Origin: Alphaproteobacteria bacterium
GTDB taxonomy: Bacteria > Pseudomonadota > Alphaproteobacteria > Rickettsiales > SXRF01
Direction of reading: 5' to 3'
Assembly: GCA_025362975.1 (NCBI GenBank)
Contig: JANYES010000011.1
Location: 65,581-129,580 of the forward strand
Length of the DNA stretch: 64,000 nucleotides
The position numbers and the translations under genes were made by a program. Below, piece after piece: positions 17,365 to 27,100 of the stretch (position 1 is the first letter of the stretch; every line of letters begins with the position of its first letter). The notes beneath the pieces were generated by a model. That model had not been told where the DNA came from, did no database searches, and saw nothing but the letters and a program-made list of their open reading frames with translations.

Positions 17365-19416
17365 ATGTTTGAACTCGCCCCGGCCCCGCTTTTATTCCGC
17401 CGCTGCGGGCTGTTTTTATTGCTGGCGCAGTTCAGTCTGTATGTGTTCGGGCTGCCGCCATTTCAGATGGGTATTTGGTATCAAACCGAACCGACGCTGG
17501 CGGCGATTTTTATTTTCGCCATTGGGGCAGCTGCTTGGCTGCTGGTCGGCATCATGCGCAACTATTTGGTGCCGCAGGCGCCGCACCCGGTTTGGGTGGT
17601 GCTGATTTTATGGGTGGTGTGGCAGGTGATTGCCAGTGCGCTGGCGCATAGTTTCTGGCGCTCTTGGTTCGGGCCGCCGGAACTTGGCGAGGGTGCTGCG
17701 CGTTCGATTGCGCTGCTGCTGCTTTCTATGGTCGCGTATCCGTTCTGGCAGGTGGAGTCGTATCGCAGGCTTATCCTGATTTTTGCAGGAAATAATATCT
17801 TGCTGCAATGCTGCCTGCATTGGCTTTCGCCGTTCAACCCTGAAAAAGGCTATGAGCTGGGCACGTGGGTGCCGGCGCGGTTTGCGGCGTATCTGGCGTT
17901 TATGACGGGGAATATGTGGATCGCCGCCCTTATGGGCGGGCAGATCAAGCGTATCGTGCATATCTGGCTGATGGTATTTTTTACCCTCGCCGTGTTGTGG
18001 CTGTCGCTTAATAAATCGGCGATGGTGTTGCTGGGGGCCGCTATTGCGGTGACGGGAATTGTGGGGGTGTGCGCGCGTTCGCGCTTGCTGGCACGGCTAT
18101 TACAGGTGGGTAAAACATGGCGCTGCGTGATGATACTGGCGTGTTTCCTGCCAATGGGCTGGATTGGGTTCAGCGTATATTATGGCGGCTCGGTCGGGCT
18201 TACGTCGGATGGGTTTTTCAACTATATCCTAAGTAAAAACGAAGCGCTCGGCTCGCGCGTGGCGCTTAACCAGGTGGCGGTTTCGACCATGCAACACGAG
18301 CCTTCACGCTGGCTGGCGGGCGACGGTTGGGGGCGTTTTACCGACGATATCTTTAAATACGCGCTGGTCGACGGCGTATATGTTTTCAAAAACGGTATCC
18401 ACGCGCCGAACTGGGCGCCGCTGGAAGGTAGCGCTTATCATAGCCACAGCCAGCCGCTGGAAGTACTGTTGTCGCTTGGGTTGCCGGGGTTGGTGCTTTG
18501 GTTTGCATTGCCTGTCGTGGCGCTGATGACGTTGCCGCGCAACTATTTCTGGGCGTGCGGGCCGATGCTGGTGGCGCTGGTGATGCTGACCTATTTCTGG
18601 TTTGAAATGCCGCAATGCCTTGCATATGACGCGCTGCTGATTGCAGCACTCAGCACGCAAGGGAGCAGGATTCGCTGGTGCGTCATCAATAATGTATGGG
18701 CAATGATGCTGGTTAATTTCTGCGGTATCGCCATGCTGTGGAGTGCGCAGTCACATATTCAAGCGATGCGGTATGGCGATGCGCTCAGCGTGGCGACGCT
18801 GAGCGGCCAACCGTTTGAGGGGTTTAGCGCAGAATACCTTGCCAGCGATATCGAGCGTGGCGGCGACCGGTTTTACGGGGCCGCCACGAATTATGCGTTA
18901 CAACTTGGCTACCGCACGACGATCGACGATAATGACCGGGGCTGGTATGGGCGGTATATTGAAGCGGCGCATATCGTGTCGCTCGACCCCAATATCGGGG
19001 CGCGCGCCGCTTCGACGGAGCTGTGGCTTCAATATAAGTTGCTGATCGATTTCGGCGGATTCCATTCCTTTGCCGAGCTTGGGCATCAGGCCATCCTGAC
19101 GCTGCCGGAGTCGGTCATGCTGGTGACGCAGAAGGCGCCGTTGCGAGACGATTACGCGAGCTTCTTCCTCGTCAACCTGAACTCGATAACCAATGACAAC
19201 AAGAACCGGCAGGTGGAGATTTTACAGAGTATCCTCGATATCGCACCCGACCACCGCCCTGCGACATGGGTGATGGGAAAGATTCTTTCAACACAGAAAG
19301 ACCATGTCGATGAAGGAAAATCGCTGATGGAACGCGCGGCATGGTTCGGGGTTAACACGGTGTATCCGGTGACGGACGATGCGATGGAAGTCGTAACGGG
19401 CCAGCAGAAATTTTAG
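17365..19416 (+). CDS. O-antigen ligase (Wzy_C) family polytopic membrane protein, PglL/TfpO-like (paralogue B)
   Basis: Also exactly 683 aa. LEGSAYHSHSQPLEVLLSLGLPGLVLW motif. Alignable with 12155..14206 over its full length. Confidence 0.65.
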   Translation: MFELAPAPLLFRRCGLFLLLAQFSLYVFGLPPFQMGIWYQTEPTLAAIFIFAIGAAAWLLVGIMRNYLVPQAPHPVWVVLILWVVWQVIASALAHSFWRSWFGPPELGEGAARSIALLLLSMVAYPFWQVESYRRLILIFAGNNILLQCCLHWLSPFNPEKGYELGTWVPARFAAYLAFMTGNMWIAALMGGQIKRIVHIWLMVFFTLAVLWLSLNKSAMVLLGAAIAVTGIVGVCARSRLLARLLQVGKTWRCVMILACFLPMGWIGFSVYYGGSVGLTSDGFFNYILSKNEALGSRVALNQVAVSTMQHEPSRWLAGDGWGRFTDDIFKYALVDGVYVFKNGIHAPNWAPLEGSAYHSHSQPLEVLLSLGLPGLVLWFALPVVALMTLPRNYFWACGPMLVALVMLTYFWFEMPQCLAYDALLIAALSTQGSRIRWCVINNVWAMMLVNFCGIAMLWSAQSHIQAMRYGDALSVATLSGQPFEGFSAEYLASDIERGGDRFYGAATNYALQLGYRTTIDDNDRGWYGRYIEAAHIVSLDPNIGARAASTELWLQYKLLIDFGGFHSFAELGHQAILTLPESVMLVTQKAPLRDDYASFFLVNLNSITNDNKNRQVEILQSILDIAPDHRPATWVMGKILSTQKDHVDEGKSLMERAAWFGVNTVYPVTDDAMEVVTGQQKF

Positions 19417-20735
19417 CTGCGGCCGCCGTCTTGACACTGACCTGCGGGTTTGCCGCCGCCGACATGGCCGGGGCCGGGAACGGCAACGCCGTTTTCATAA
19501 TGCCTACCGTCGGTGGTGGCCGCCGTTGAGAATCCACGACCGCCTTTTTCTTTGCTGGCTTGCAGCGAAGCGCCCATGTTGACCACTTTCGTAACACCGG
19601 CGATATTGCCGCTACCCGTCATGGCGCCTGCGGTTTTGGATTGCTGCTGACTCAGAGCTTCAAAATTTTTGGCGGCAAGTTCGTTGGCCTGACGCGTCTG
19701 CGCACTGAGCGCGCCGTTATTGTTGAATTCGCGAAGTGCCGCTGCGGCGGCTTTGCCGTCACCGGCTTTGAGCGCGTCGGATACCGCTTTGGCAGCGTCG
19801 TCAGCGGTGGCTTTACTATCTTTCTGTGCATCTTTGACGATCTGGCCGGAAACTTTAGCGACCGCTGCCTGCCCCGTTTCACTGCCACCCATTTTCCTGG
19901 CTTCATCTGGCGAAGTCTGCGCCAGCTTTTCTACATATTTCAAATTATTTGCTACAGCCGCAGGGGGTATTTGGGTCTTGAACTTCTCAGTGAATTGTTC
20001 GAGTTCTTCGGCTGCGGCTTGCGCGTTACCCTCGTTCAAATCCGCTAAAATCTTTTCAGCGACACGCTTCATTTCTGTTTGCAGTTCAGCGGACAATTGC
20101 GGGGCGGCTTGCGTTCCGCGTGCTTCACCGCGTGATGTTAGCGGCGGCGGGGTGCGCGTGCCAACGACGGGCTGCTGGCCGGGCTGCTGAGGTGATTTTG
20201 GTTTTAAGGATGCGGTGCGGTTTTCGACTTCACGGGTTCGTCTGGAAAATTCTTCAAGCGGCATGGCGCGGGCCTGATCGTCGGGAACGGGCACGAAGGC
20301 GCTGGCACCCTTTCCGGGTGTGGCAACCATTTCAGCCTGCATGGCGGCATCGAGCTTATTGAGGGCCACGGTGCGTTTTGCCTGAACTTCCTGGAAGGAG
20401 AACATTTTGCCAGGTTCGGTTTTCTGCAACCAAGCATTATCTTTCTGGAAAGTCAGGGCGAGCTTTATATTTTCGATTTCTTCTAACGCTGGTGTGTGAT
20501 CAGAACCGATTCTGGCTTTTTCCAGCGTTTTGATTTCAGATTTAAGCAGTTCTTCAAGAAAAATAGTATTTTTACCAGCGAGGGCAGTGATTTTCTGAAT
20601 ACGTTCGGCGAGTTTTTTTTGCGCCAAATCCGCTTTCAAAACATCCTCGATGCTCGGAACGCCAGCAGCCGACGGGGGCTTCAACGTAGACGGTTTCGGA
20701 ATCCTCGGGGCTTCGGGATTAGTGTTTTGGCTCAT
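19413..20735 (-). CDS. Low-complexity, helix/coiled-coil-rich hypothetical protein (Ala/Gln/Lys/Glu-rich, Gly-rich C-terminus)
   Basis: Start set at ATG 20735, preceded by AGGAG with a 6-nt spacer. 440 aa, no signal peptide or TM segment. Its stop overlaps the stop of 17365..19416 by 4 nt (convergent). Confidence 0.55.
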   Translation of the reverse strand: MSQNTNPEAPRIPKPSTLKPPSAAGVPSIEDVLKADLAQKKLAERIQKITALAGKNTIFLEELLKSEIKTLEKARIGSDHTPALEEIENIKLALTFQKDNAWLQKTEPGKMFSFQEVQAKRTVALNKLDAAMQAEMVATPGKGASAFVPVPDDQARAMPLEEFSRRTREVENRTASLKPKSPQQPGQQPVVGTRTPPPLTSRGEARGTQAAPQLSAELQTEMKRVAEKILADLNEGNAQAAAEELEQFTEKFKTQIPPAAVANNLKYVEKLAQTSPDEARKMGGSETGQAAVAKVSGQIVKDAQKDSKATADDAAKAVSDALKAGDGKAAAAALREFNNNGALSAQTRQANELAAKNFEALSQQQSKTAGAMTGSGNIAGVTKVVNMGASLQASKEKGGRGFSTAATTDGRHYENGVAVPGPGHVGGGKPAGQCQDGGRS

Positions 20736-21101
20736 GATATGCTCCTGATGTGACTTTAACCAGTATACCAACAATTTGTTACATAATCATGACAGTCTGA
20801 TTACTTAATCTTATGAAGGAAAAAATTCAACCATTTGATTTTATTGGTTTTTTAAATTGCTGATATGTGGCACCCACGAAGGAATTCACTCGCTTCGCCT
20901 CTTAGGCGGCAGCACTGACGCCCCAATGCATCTACCTATCGCATCAAGGCCATATAGAGCATAACCGCTATATCTCTTGCGTGCGCGTTGTCAACCTAAG
21001 AACCTGCGGCAACAGAAATATTAATTGCTAAAACAGTTGAGTTTTAAACGCATTCGGTTTTAAATCAAACGGCTGCTGAATTTATATGGGTTTTTTATAT
21101 T

Positions 21102-22064
21102 ATGGAACAACGCGTTGTTACGATTATTGGCGGGACTGGATTTATTGGCCGCTATGTGGTGAAGGTTCTGGCGTCGGCGGGGTATACGCTACGCATCATT
21201 TCGCGTCATCCCAATGCGGCGTTGCACCTGAAAACGGCGGGCAATGTCGGCCAGATCGTGCTCATGGAAGGTGATTTGACCAACCCGGCCAGCCTCATCG
21301 GCAAGATCGAGGATTCGTACGCCATCGTAAACCTCGCGGGGATTTTGTTCGAAGGCGGTTCGCAGAAATTCGCCAAACTCCACACGCACGGCACGGAAAA
21401 ACTCGCCCAGATGGCCAAGGCCGCGGGCGTTACACGATTTATTCAGATTTCGGCGCTGGGCATTGAAAAATCCGGAAGTTCGAAATACGCGCGCTCCAAA
21501 TTGATGGGCGAAAAACTGTTGTTTCAGGCGTTTCCAGGGGCGACCGTGCTGCGCCCGAGCATCGTGTTCGGCCCGGAGGATAATTTCTTCAATATGTTCG
21601 CCCGCATGGCGCGTGTCATGCCTGCCCTGCCCCTGATCGGCGGCGGGGAAACGCGTTTTCAGCCGGTGTATGTCGGCGATATTGCCAAGGCGGTGGAAGT
21701 ATGTTTGAAGCGCCCCGATACCGTCGGGCAGATTTATGAACTCGGCGGGCCGGAAGTGCTAACGTTTAAGAGCATCATTTCGTATATCCAGAAAGTTCTC
21801 GGCAGCCAGAAAATGCAGGTGCGGATCCCGTTCGCGGTGGCGCCGTTGATTGCGATTGCCGAGGAGTTGAAACACACGCTATCGTTCGGCTGGATGAAGC
21901 CAATGATCACGCGCGATCAGATCAAGCTGATGAAATCCGACAACGTTGTCGGAACCGGCTATATGCAGTTCGCCAATCTGGGCATCAGCCCGACGGCGCT
22001 GGAAGTCGTGGTTCCCGAATATCTTTCGCGTTACAATAAAAAACTCTACGTGAATGCAAAATGA
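21102..22064 (+). CDS. NDUFA9-like NAD(P)-binding SDR-family protein (complex I 39-kDa subunit homologue type)
   Basis: Rossmann N-terminus VVTIIGGTGFIGRYVV. ...SKYARSKLMGE... (YxxxK). ...LRPSIVFGPEDNFFN... is typical of the NDUFA9-like family. Confidence 0.75.
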   Translation: MEQRVVTIIGGTGFIGRYVVKVLASAGYTLRIISRHPNAALHLKTAGNVGQIVLMEGDLTNPASLIGKIEDSYAIVNLAGILFEGGSQKFAKLHTHGTEKLAQMAKAAGVTRFIQISALGIEKSGSSKYARSKLMGEKLLFQAFPGATVLRPSIVFGPEDNFFNMFARMARVMPALPLIGGGETRFQPVYVGDIAKAVEVCLKRPDTVGQIYELGGPEVLTFKSIISYIQKVLGSQKMQVRIPFAVAPLIAIAEELKHTLSFGWMKPMITRDQIKLMKSDNVVGTGYMQFANLGISPTALEVVVPEYLSRYNKKLYVNAK

Positions 22065-23478
22065 CATGCTGACATTCACCAAAAACGGCCAGCATTATCC
22101 CGAAGTAAAGCCCGCCGAAGCGCGCAAGCACGATTTTAACGAGATCTATGCCAATTTTGACCCGGTGCAGGCAGCCGTTCAAGCGTCGCGCTGCTCGCAG
22201 TGCGGCATTCCGTTCTGCCAGATTCACTGCCCTCTGCAAAACAACATTCCCGACTGGCTGAAACTCACCGCCGAAGGGCGGCTCGAAGAGGCGTACGCGG
22301 TGTCGAGCGCAACCAATACGTTTCCGGAAATCTGCGGCCGCATCTGCCCGCAGGACCGATTATGCGAAGGCAATTGTGTGATTGAAAAGGGCTTCCAGTC
22401 GGTCACGATTGGCTCGGTGGAAAAATACATTACGGAAACGGCGTTCGCCAATGGCTGGGTGAAGCCCATCACCGTGGCACGCGAAACGGGAATTTCCATT
22501 GGGATTATCGGCGCGGGCCCCGGCGGCCTTGCAGCGGCCGACGCGCTGCGCCGCCGCGGGCACGAGGTGCATGTGTATGATCGCTATGACCGCATCGGCG
22601 GGTTGATGATTTATGGCATTCCTAATTTCAAGCTGGAAAAAGAAGTGGTGGCGCGCCGCCATCAGTTACTGACGGAAGGTGGCATTCATTTCCACCTGAA
22701 TTACGATGTGAAAGACATCAATGAGCTGCGCGAACGCCACAGTGCGGTGCTGATCGCCACGGGAGTATACCAATCGCGCGAGATACAGCTTCCTGATTAC
22801 AGCCTCGCGGGGATTATCCCGGCGCTGTCGTACCTCACCGCCAGCAACCGTATAGGGCTTGGCGACCGTGTGCGGGATTATGAAAACGGCGTGCTGAACG
22901 CGGAAGGCAAGGACGTGATTGTCATCGGCGGCGGCGATACGGCGATGGATTGCGTGCGCACGGCTGTGCGTCAGAATGCGTCCAGCGTTATTTGCCTTTA
23001 TCGCCGCGATCAGGCTAATATGCCTGGCAGCGCGCGCGAAGTGAAAAACGCAATGGAAGAAGGCGTGAAATTCCTGTGGCTGTCCGCGCCGAAAGCCTTT
23101 GTCGGCAACGGTTACGTGAACCAGATTCTGGTGCAGCAGATGCGCCTGACGACGCATGATAATAGCGGGCGCCAGTCGGTTGTGCCGGTTGAAGGCGAAA
23201 CGTTTGCGCTTAAATGCGATATGGCCATCAAGGCGCTGGGGTTCGATGCGGAAGATCTGCCAACGCTTCTGAATGCGCCGTCGCTGGGTTTAAGCAAATA
23301 CGGCACTGTGGCGATCGATCAACAAAGCTTTGCAACCAACGTCGAAGGCATATTCGCGGCGGGCGATATCGTGCGCGGCGCAAGCCTTGTAGTCTGGGCG
23401 ATCAAAGACGGGCGCGACGCTGCGAACGCCATGCATAAATACGTTACCGCATTACAACACCAAGCGATGGTCGCATGA
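22054..23478 (+). CDS. gltD: Glutamate synthase (NADPH) small subunit
   Basis: 474 aa. Fe-S Cys clusters (RCSQCGIPFCQIHCPLQNNIP..., CGRICPQDRLCEGNC). FAD/NAD folds IGIIGAGPGGLAAA and VIVIGGGDTAMDC. An alternative start at ATG 22066 is possible. Confidence 0.9.
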   Translation: MQNDMLTFTKNGQHYPEVKPAEARKHDFNEIYANFDPVQAAVQASRCSQCGIPFCQIHCPLQNNIPDWLKLTAEGRLEEAYAVSSATNTFPEICGRICPQDRLCEGNCVIEKGFQSVTIGSVEKYITETAFANGWVKPITVARETGISIGIIGAGPGGLAAADALRRRGHEVHVYDRYDRIGGLMIYGIPNFKLEKEVVARRHQLLTEGGIHFHLNYDVKDINELRERHSAVLIATGVYQSREIQLPDYSLAGIIPALSYLTASNRIGLGDRVRDYENGVLNAEGKDVIVIGGGDTAMDCVRTAVRQNASSVICLYRRDQANMPGSAREVKNAMEEGVKFLWLSAPKAFVGNGYVNQILVQQMRLTTHDNSGRQSVVPVEGETFALKCDMAIKALGFDAEDLPTLLNAPSLGLSKYGTVAIDQQSFATNVEGIFAAGDIVRGASLVVWAIKDGRDAANAMHKYVTALQHQAMVA

Positions 23479-23504
23479 CCGGATTACACGGAGGGATCTA
23501 GCCC

Positions 23505-24176
23505 ATGAAATATTCACTCATCGCCGCTATCGCATTGTTCAGTTTCGCATCCAGTGCGCATGCGCAGCAGATTCGCGATATGTCGCTCTCACCTTCGGAA
23601 ACCGCCGTACAGCCCAACACCGCGAAAACGGCCACACAGGGCTTTTCCAACCAGCCCGGATATGCGGGCAGCGGCCAGAATTTCCAGAACGACGTCTCGC
23701 GCCGCATTTCCGATATGAATCGCAACGGGGCGCATGGCTCGCCGATGCCGCCGCCGCGCGTGGGCGACATCAACCAGGGGCAGCAACCGGCCAAAAGTTT
23801 CATGGAGGGCTATTGCGATCCTAACTTCACGCCGATGCTCGCCAATAACCGCCGCTACTACGGGCAGGAACAATGCCTGCAACAGATCCGCGACGATTCC
23901 TGCTATCGTTTCAAGCTGCTGGCGGCTGAAGTTAAAGTGGTGCTTGATAGCGCTATCTCTTGCTTATTCGATAACAGCAACGGCTATGTCGCGCCTACCA
24001 ATGAAAATGCCAGCACGGAAGTCATGGCGTGCGCGGAAAGTTATGTGCACCGAATCGAGCTGCTGAAAAAATACATGGGTGATGCCGGTACAGCTTATGC
24101 GTTGGTGTACCTTCCCGATAACGTGCTGGACACGTCCGGCGCGTGCGTCAATCGCCAACAGCAAGGGCAGCAATAA
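23505..24176 (+). CDS. Secreted hypothetical protein inserted between gltD and gltB
   Basis: Signal peptide MKYSLIAAIALFSFASSAHA. Gln/Asn/Pro-rich middle and a Cys-containing C-terminal half. Its TAA overlaps the gltB ATG (TAATG at 24174-24178). Confidence 0.55.
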   Translation: MKYSLIAAIALFSFASSAHAQQIRDMSLSPSETAVQPNTAKTATQGFSNQPGYAGSGQNFQNDVSRRISDMNRNGAHGSPMPPPRVGDINQGQQPAKSFMEGYCDPNFTPMLANNRRYYGQEQCLQQIRDDSCYRFKLLAAEVKVVLDSAISCLFDNSNGYVAPTNENASTEVMACAESYVHRIELLKKYMGDAGTAYALVYLPDNVLDTSGACVNRQQQGQQ

Positions 24177-27100
24177 TGGCTTGGTCATGGGATGAAGACT
24201 GGAATAAACGCGCCGACGCGTTGGCCAAAGACGGCATGTACGACCATGACAGCGAACATGACGCGTGCGGCGTCGGTTTTGTCGCGGCCATTGACGGCAA
24301 ACCGCGCCGCAGCATCGTTGAATCGGGCATTGAAGCGCTGAAAGCGGTTTATCACCGCGGCGCGGTAGACGCGGACGGGAAGACAGGCGACGGCGCGGGT
24401 ATCAACATTCAAATTCCGTTTGAGTTCTTTAAAGACCATCTGGAGCGCAGCGGCCAGAATTTAACCAGCGACAGACTTGCCGTGGGCATGATGTTCCTGC
24501 CGAAGAAAAATTTTGCCGCGCAGGAAACCTGCCGTGCGATTGTCGAAAGCGAAATCCTGAAGCTTGGGTATAAGCTGTATGGGTGGCGGCAGGTGCCGGT
24601 GAAAGCCGATGTGATCGGCGAAATCGCCAACGATTCGCGTCCGGAAATCGAGCAGATTCTTATCGCCGGGAAAGACGGCATGGACGAAAAACGCTTCGAG
24701 CTGGAGCTGTATTTTATTCGTAAGCGCATTGAAAACGCCGTGCGCGCCAAGGCGATCAATGATTTTTACATCAGTTCACTGTCGGGGCGAAGCCTTATTT
24801 ACAAGGGCTTGTTTAAAGCCGAGCAGTTGACGGCGTTTTATCCGGATTTGCTTGATGAGCGATTTATTTCGTCCTACGCGGTATTCCACCAGCGTTTCTC
24901 GACAAATACTGCGCCTGCATGGCACCTCGCCCAACCGTTCCGCATGATCGCGCATAACGGTGAAATTAATACAGTTAAAGGCAACATCAACTTCATGCGT
25001 AGCCATGAAGCGACGTTCTATTGCGACGATTTCGAGGGTTTTGAGCAGGATTTGCTGCCGGTTATTCCTGATAATACGTCCGACACGGGGGCGCTGGATT
25101 CCGTGGTGGAAATTCTGACGCGCGCGGGACGTCCGCTGCCGCTGACCAAGCTTATTCTTATTCCACCAGCATGGGTGCGCGCGTCGGACATGCCGCAGGC
25201 GCATAAAGATATGTTCAGCTGTTTGAACTCCGTGTCTGAGCAATGGGACGGACCTGCCGCCATCGCCGCCACCGACGGGGACTGGATTATCGCAGGCATG
25301 GACCGCAACGGGTTGCGCCCGATGCGCTATACTATCACGAAAGACGGCATAATCAGCGTGTGTTCGGAATCGGGGATGGTGAATGTATCCGACGCCAATA
25401 TCATCGAGCGCGGACGGCTTGGGCCGGGCGATATTCTGGGCATCGATTTGCGTGAAGGCAAGCTGTACCGCGACCGGGAGCTTAAAGATTTGCTGGCGAA
25501 CCAGTATCCGTATAAGCAGTGGTCCGGCAATATCATTACGCTGAACGACATCGCCAAAGAGGCGGAAAAAATCAAACCGGCAGGGCTTTCGCCCGAGCGC
25601 CTGCGCTTGCTGCAACTGGCGACTGGCATGACGCATGAAGACGTGGAAAGCATCCTGCATCCGATGGCTGAAGAAGCTAAGGAAGCCATCGGTTCGATGG
25701 GGGATGATACGCCGATGGCGGTGTTGTCTGAAAAGCATCGCGGTTTCCATCATTTTTTCCGGCAGAATTTTTCGCAGGTTACGAATCCGCCGATCGATAG
25801 TTTGCGCGAACGCCGCGTGATGAGCCTGTTTACGCGCTTTGGTAATGACGGGAATTACCTTGCGCTGGATAACTCGCATAGCAGCATTTTGCTGGTGGAA
25901 ACGCCCGTGTTGCTTACGCATGAGCTGGACACGATTAAAACGCATTTCGCTGAGCGTGTGAGCGAAATCGACACGTTGTTTGATCTGAATAAAGGACCTA
26001 ATTCGCTGCGCATGGGGCTGGACCGTGTGCTTGCAAAAGCGGAAAAAGCGATGCGTGACGGTAAGACTTACATTGTGCTGACCGATGAGCGCATGGATGA
26101 GACACATGCGGCCATCCCGATGATTCTGGCGGTTTCGGCATTACAGACGCATCTGGTGAAGCATAAGCTACGCAAAAAGGCGTCGATTCTTGTTCGCACG
26201 TCGGAATGTATCGAAGTGCATTGCTGCGCGGTGCTGATCGGCGTGGGTGCGACGGTGGTCAATCCCTATCTGGCTGAGGAAACGCTGGTCAACCGGCATA
26301 AGCGCGGGTTGTTCGGGCAGAAGAAACTTGGCGATGTGCTGGGAAATTACCGCGAGGCGATGGGCGCGGGGTTGCTTAAAGTCATGTCGAAAATGGGCAT
26401 TTCGATTATCAGCGCGTATCGTGGTGGGTTGAATTTTGAAGCGATTGGGCTTAGCCGCGCATTGGTGGCGGAATTCTTCCCGGGCCTACCCTCGCGGATT
26501 TCGGGCATCGGGCTGGCGGGGATTGAAAATCAGGTCAAAGATATTCATCTGGAGGCGTTTTCGACGCCGTATAGCGAGTTGCCTATCGGCGGGTTTTACC
26601 GTTTCCGCGCCAATAGCGAGAAACACGCGTGGGAAGGCACGGCCATCCACACGTTGCAAACCTCCGTCGGCACCGGCAGTTACCAGACATTCAAGCATTA
26701 CACCGATATGGTGCGCCGCGCTGGCCCTGTGCATATCCGCGATTTGCTGGATTTCCGGCCAATCAACCCGCCGATTGCGATTGAGCAAGTGGAATCCATT
26801 ACTGAAATCCGCAAGCGTTTTGTAGCACCAGCCATGAGCCTCGGCGCGTTGTCGCACGAGGCCCACCAGACGCTGGCGATTGCCATGAACCGCATGGGCG
26901 CGGCGTCCAATTCTGGCGAAGGCGGCGAAGGTCCGGAGCGCTACAAGCCGTTCGCCAATGGCGACAATGCGAACTCCACCATCAAGCAGATCGCCTCGGG
27001 GCGATTTGGCGTGACGGCGGAATATTTGAACTCGGCGACCGAATTGCAGATTAAAGTGGCGCAAGGCGCTAAACCCGGCGAAGGCGGCCAGCTTCCGGGC

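Noticed and set aside
20868-20890. tRNA 3'-end-like fragment (reverse complement GTGAATTCCTTCGTGGGTGCCA) that could mark an island boundary or att site
   Set aside because: The resemblance to a T-arm, acceptor and CCA is loose. It matches neither tRNA in the window. No integrase is nearby and no second copy was seen, so there is insufficient evidence.
24776-26107. Long antisense or off-frame ORFs inside large conserved genes. Examples: 443 aa antisense to gltB, 361 aa at 4670..5755 antisense to pheT, 499 aa at 51045..52544 antisense to gyrA, 429 aa at 56459..57748, 216 aa at 39724..40374.
   Set aside because: Their Arg/His/Gly/Ala-rich, low-complexity composition is typical of open antisense frames in GC-rich coding DNA. 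Each is fully contained in a gene with unmistakable conserved motifs on the other strand.
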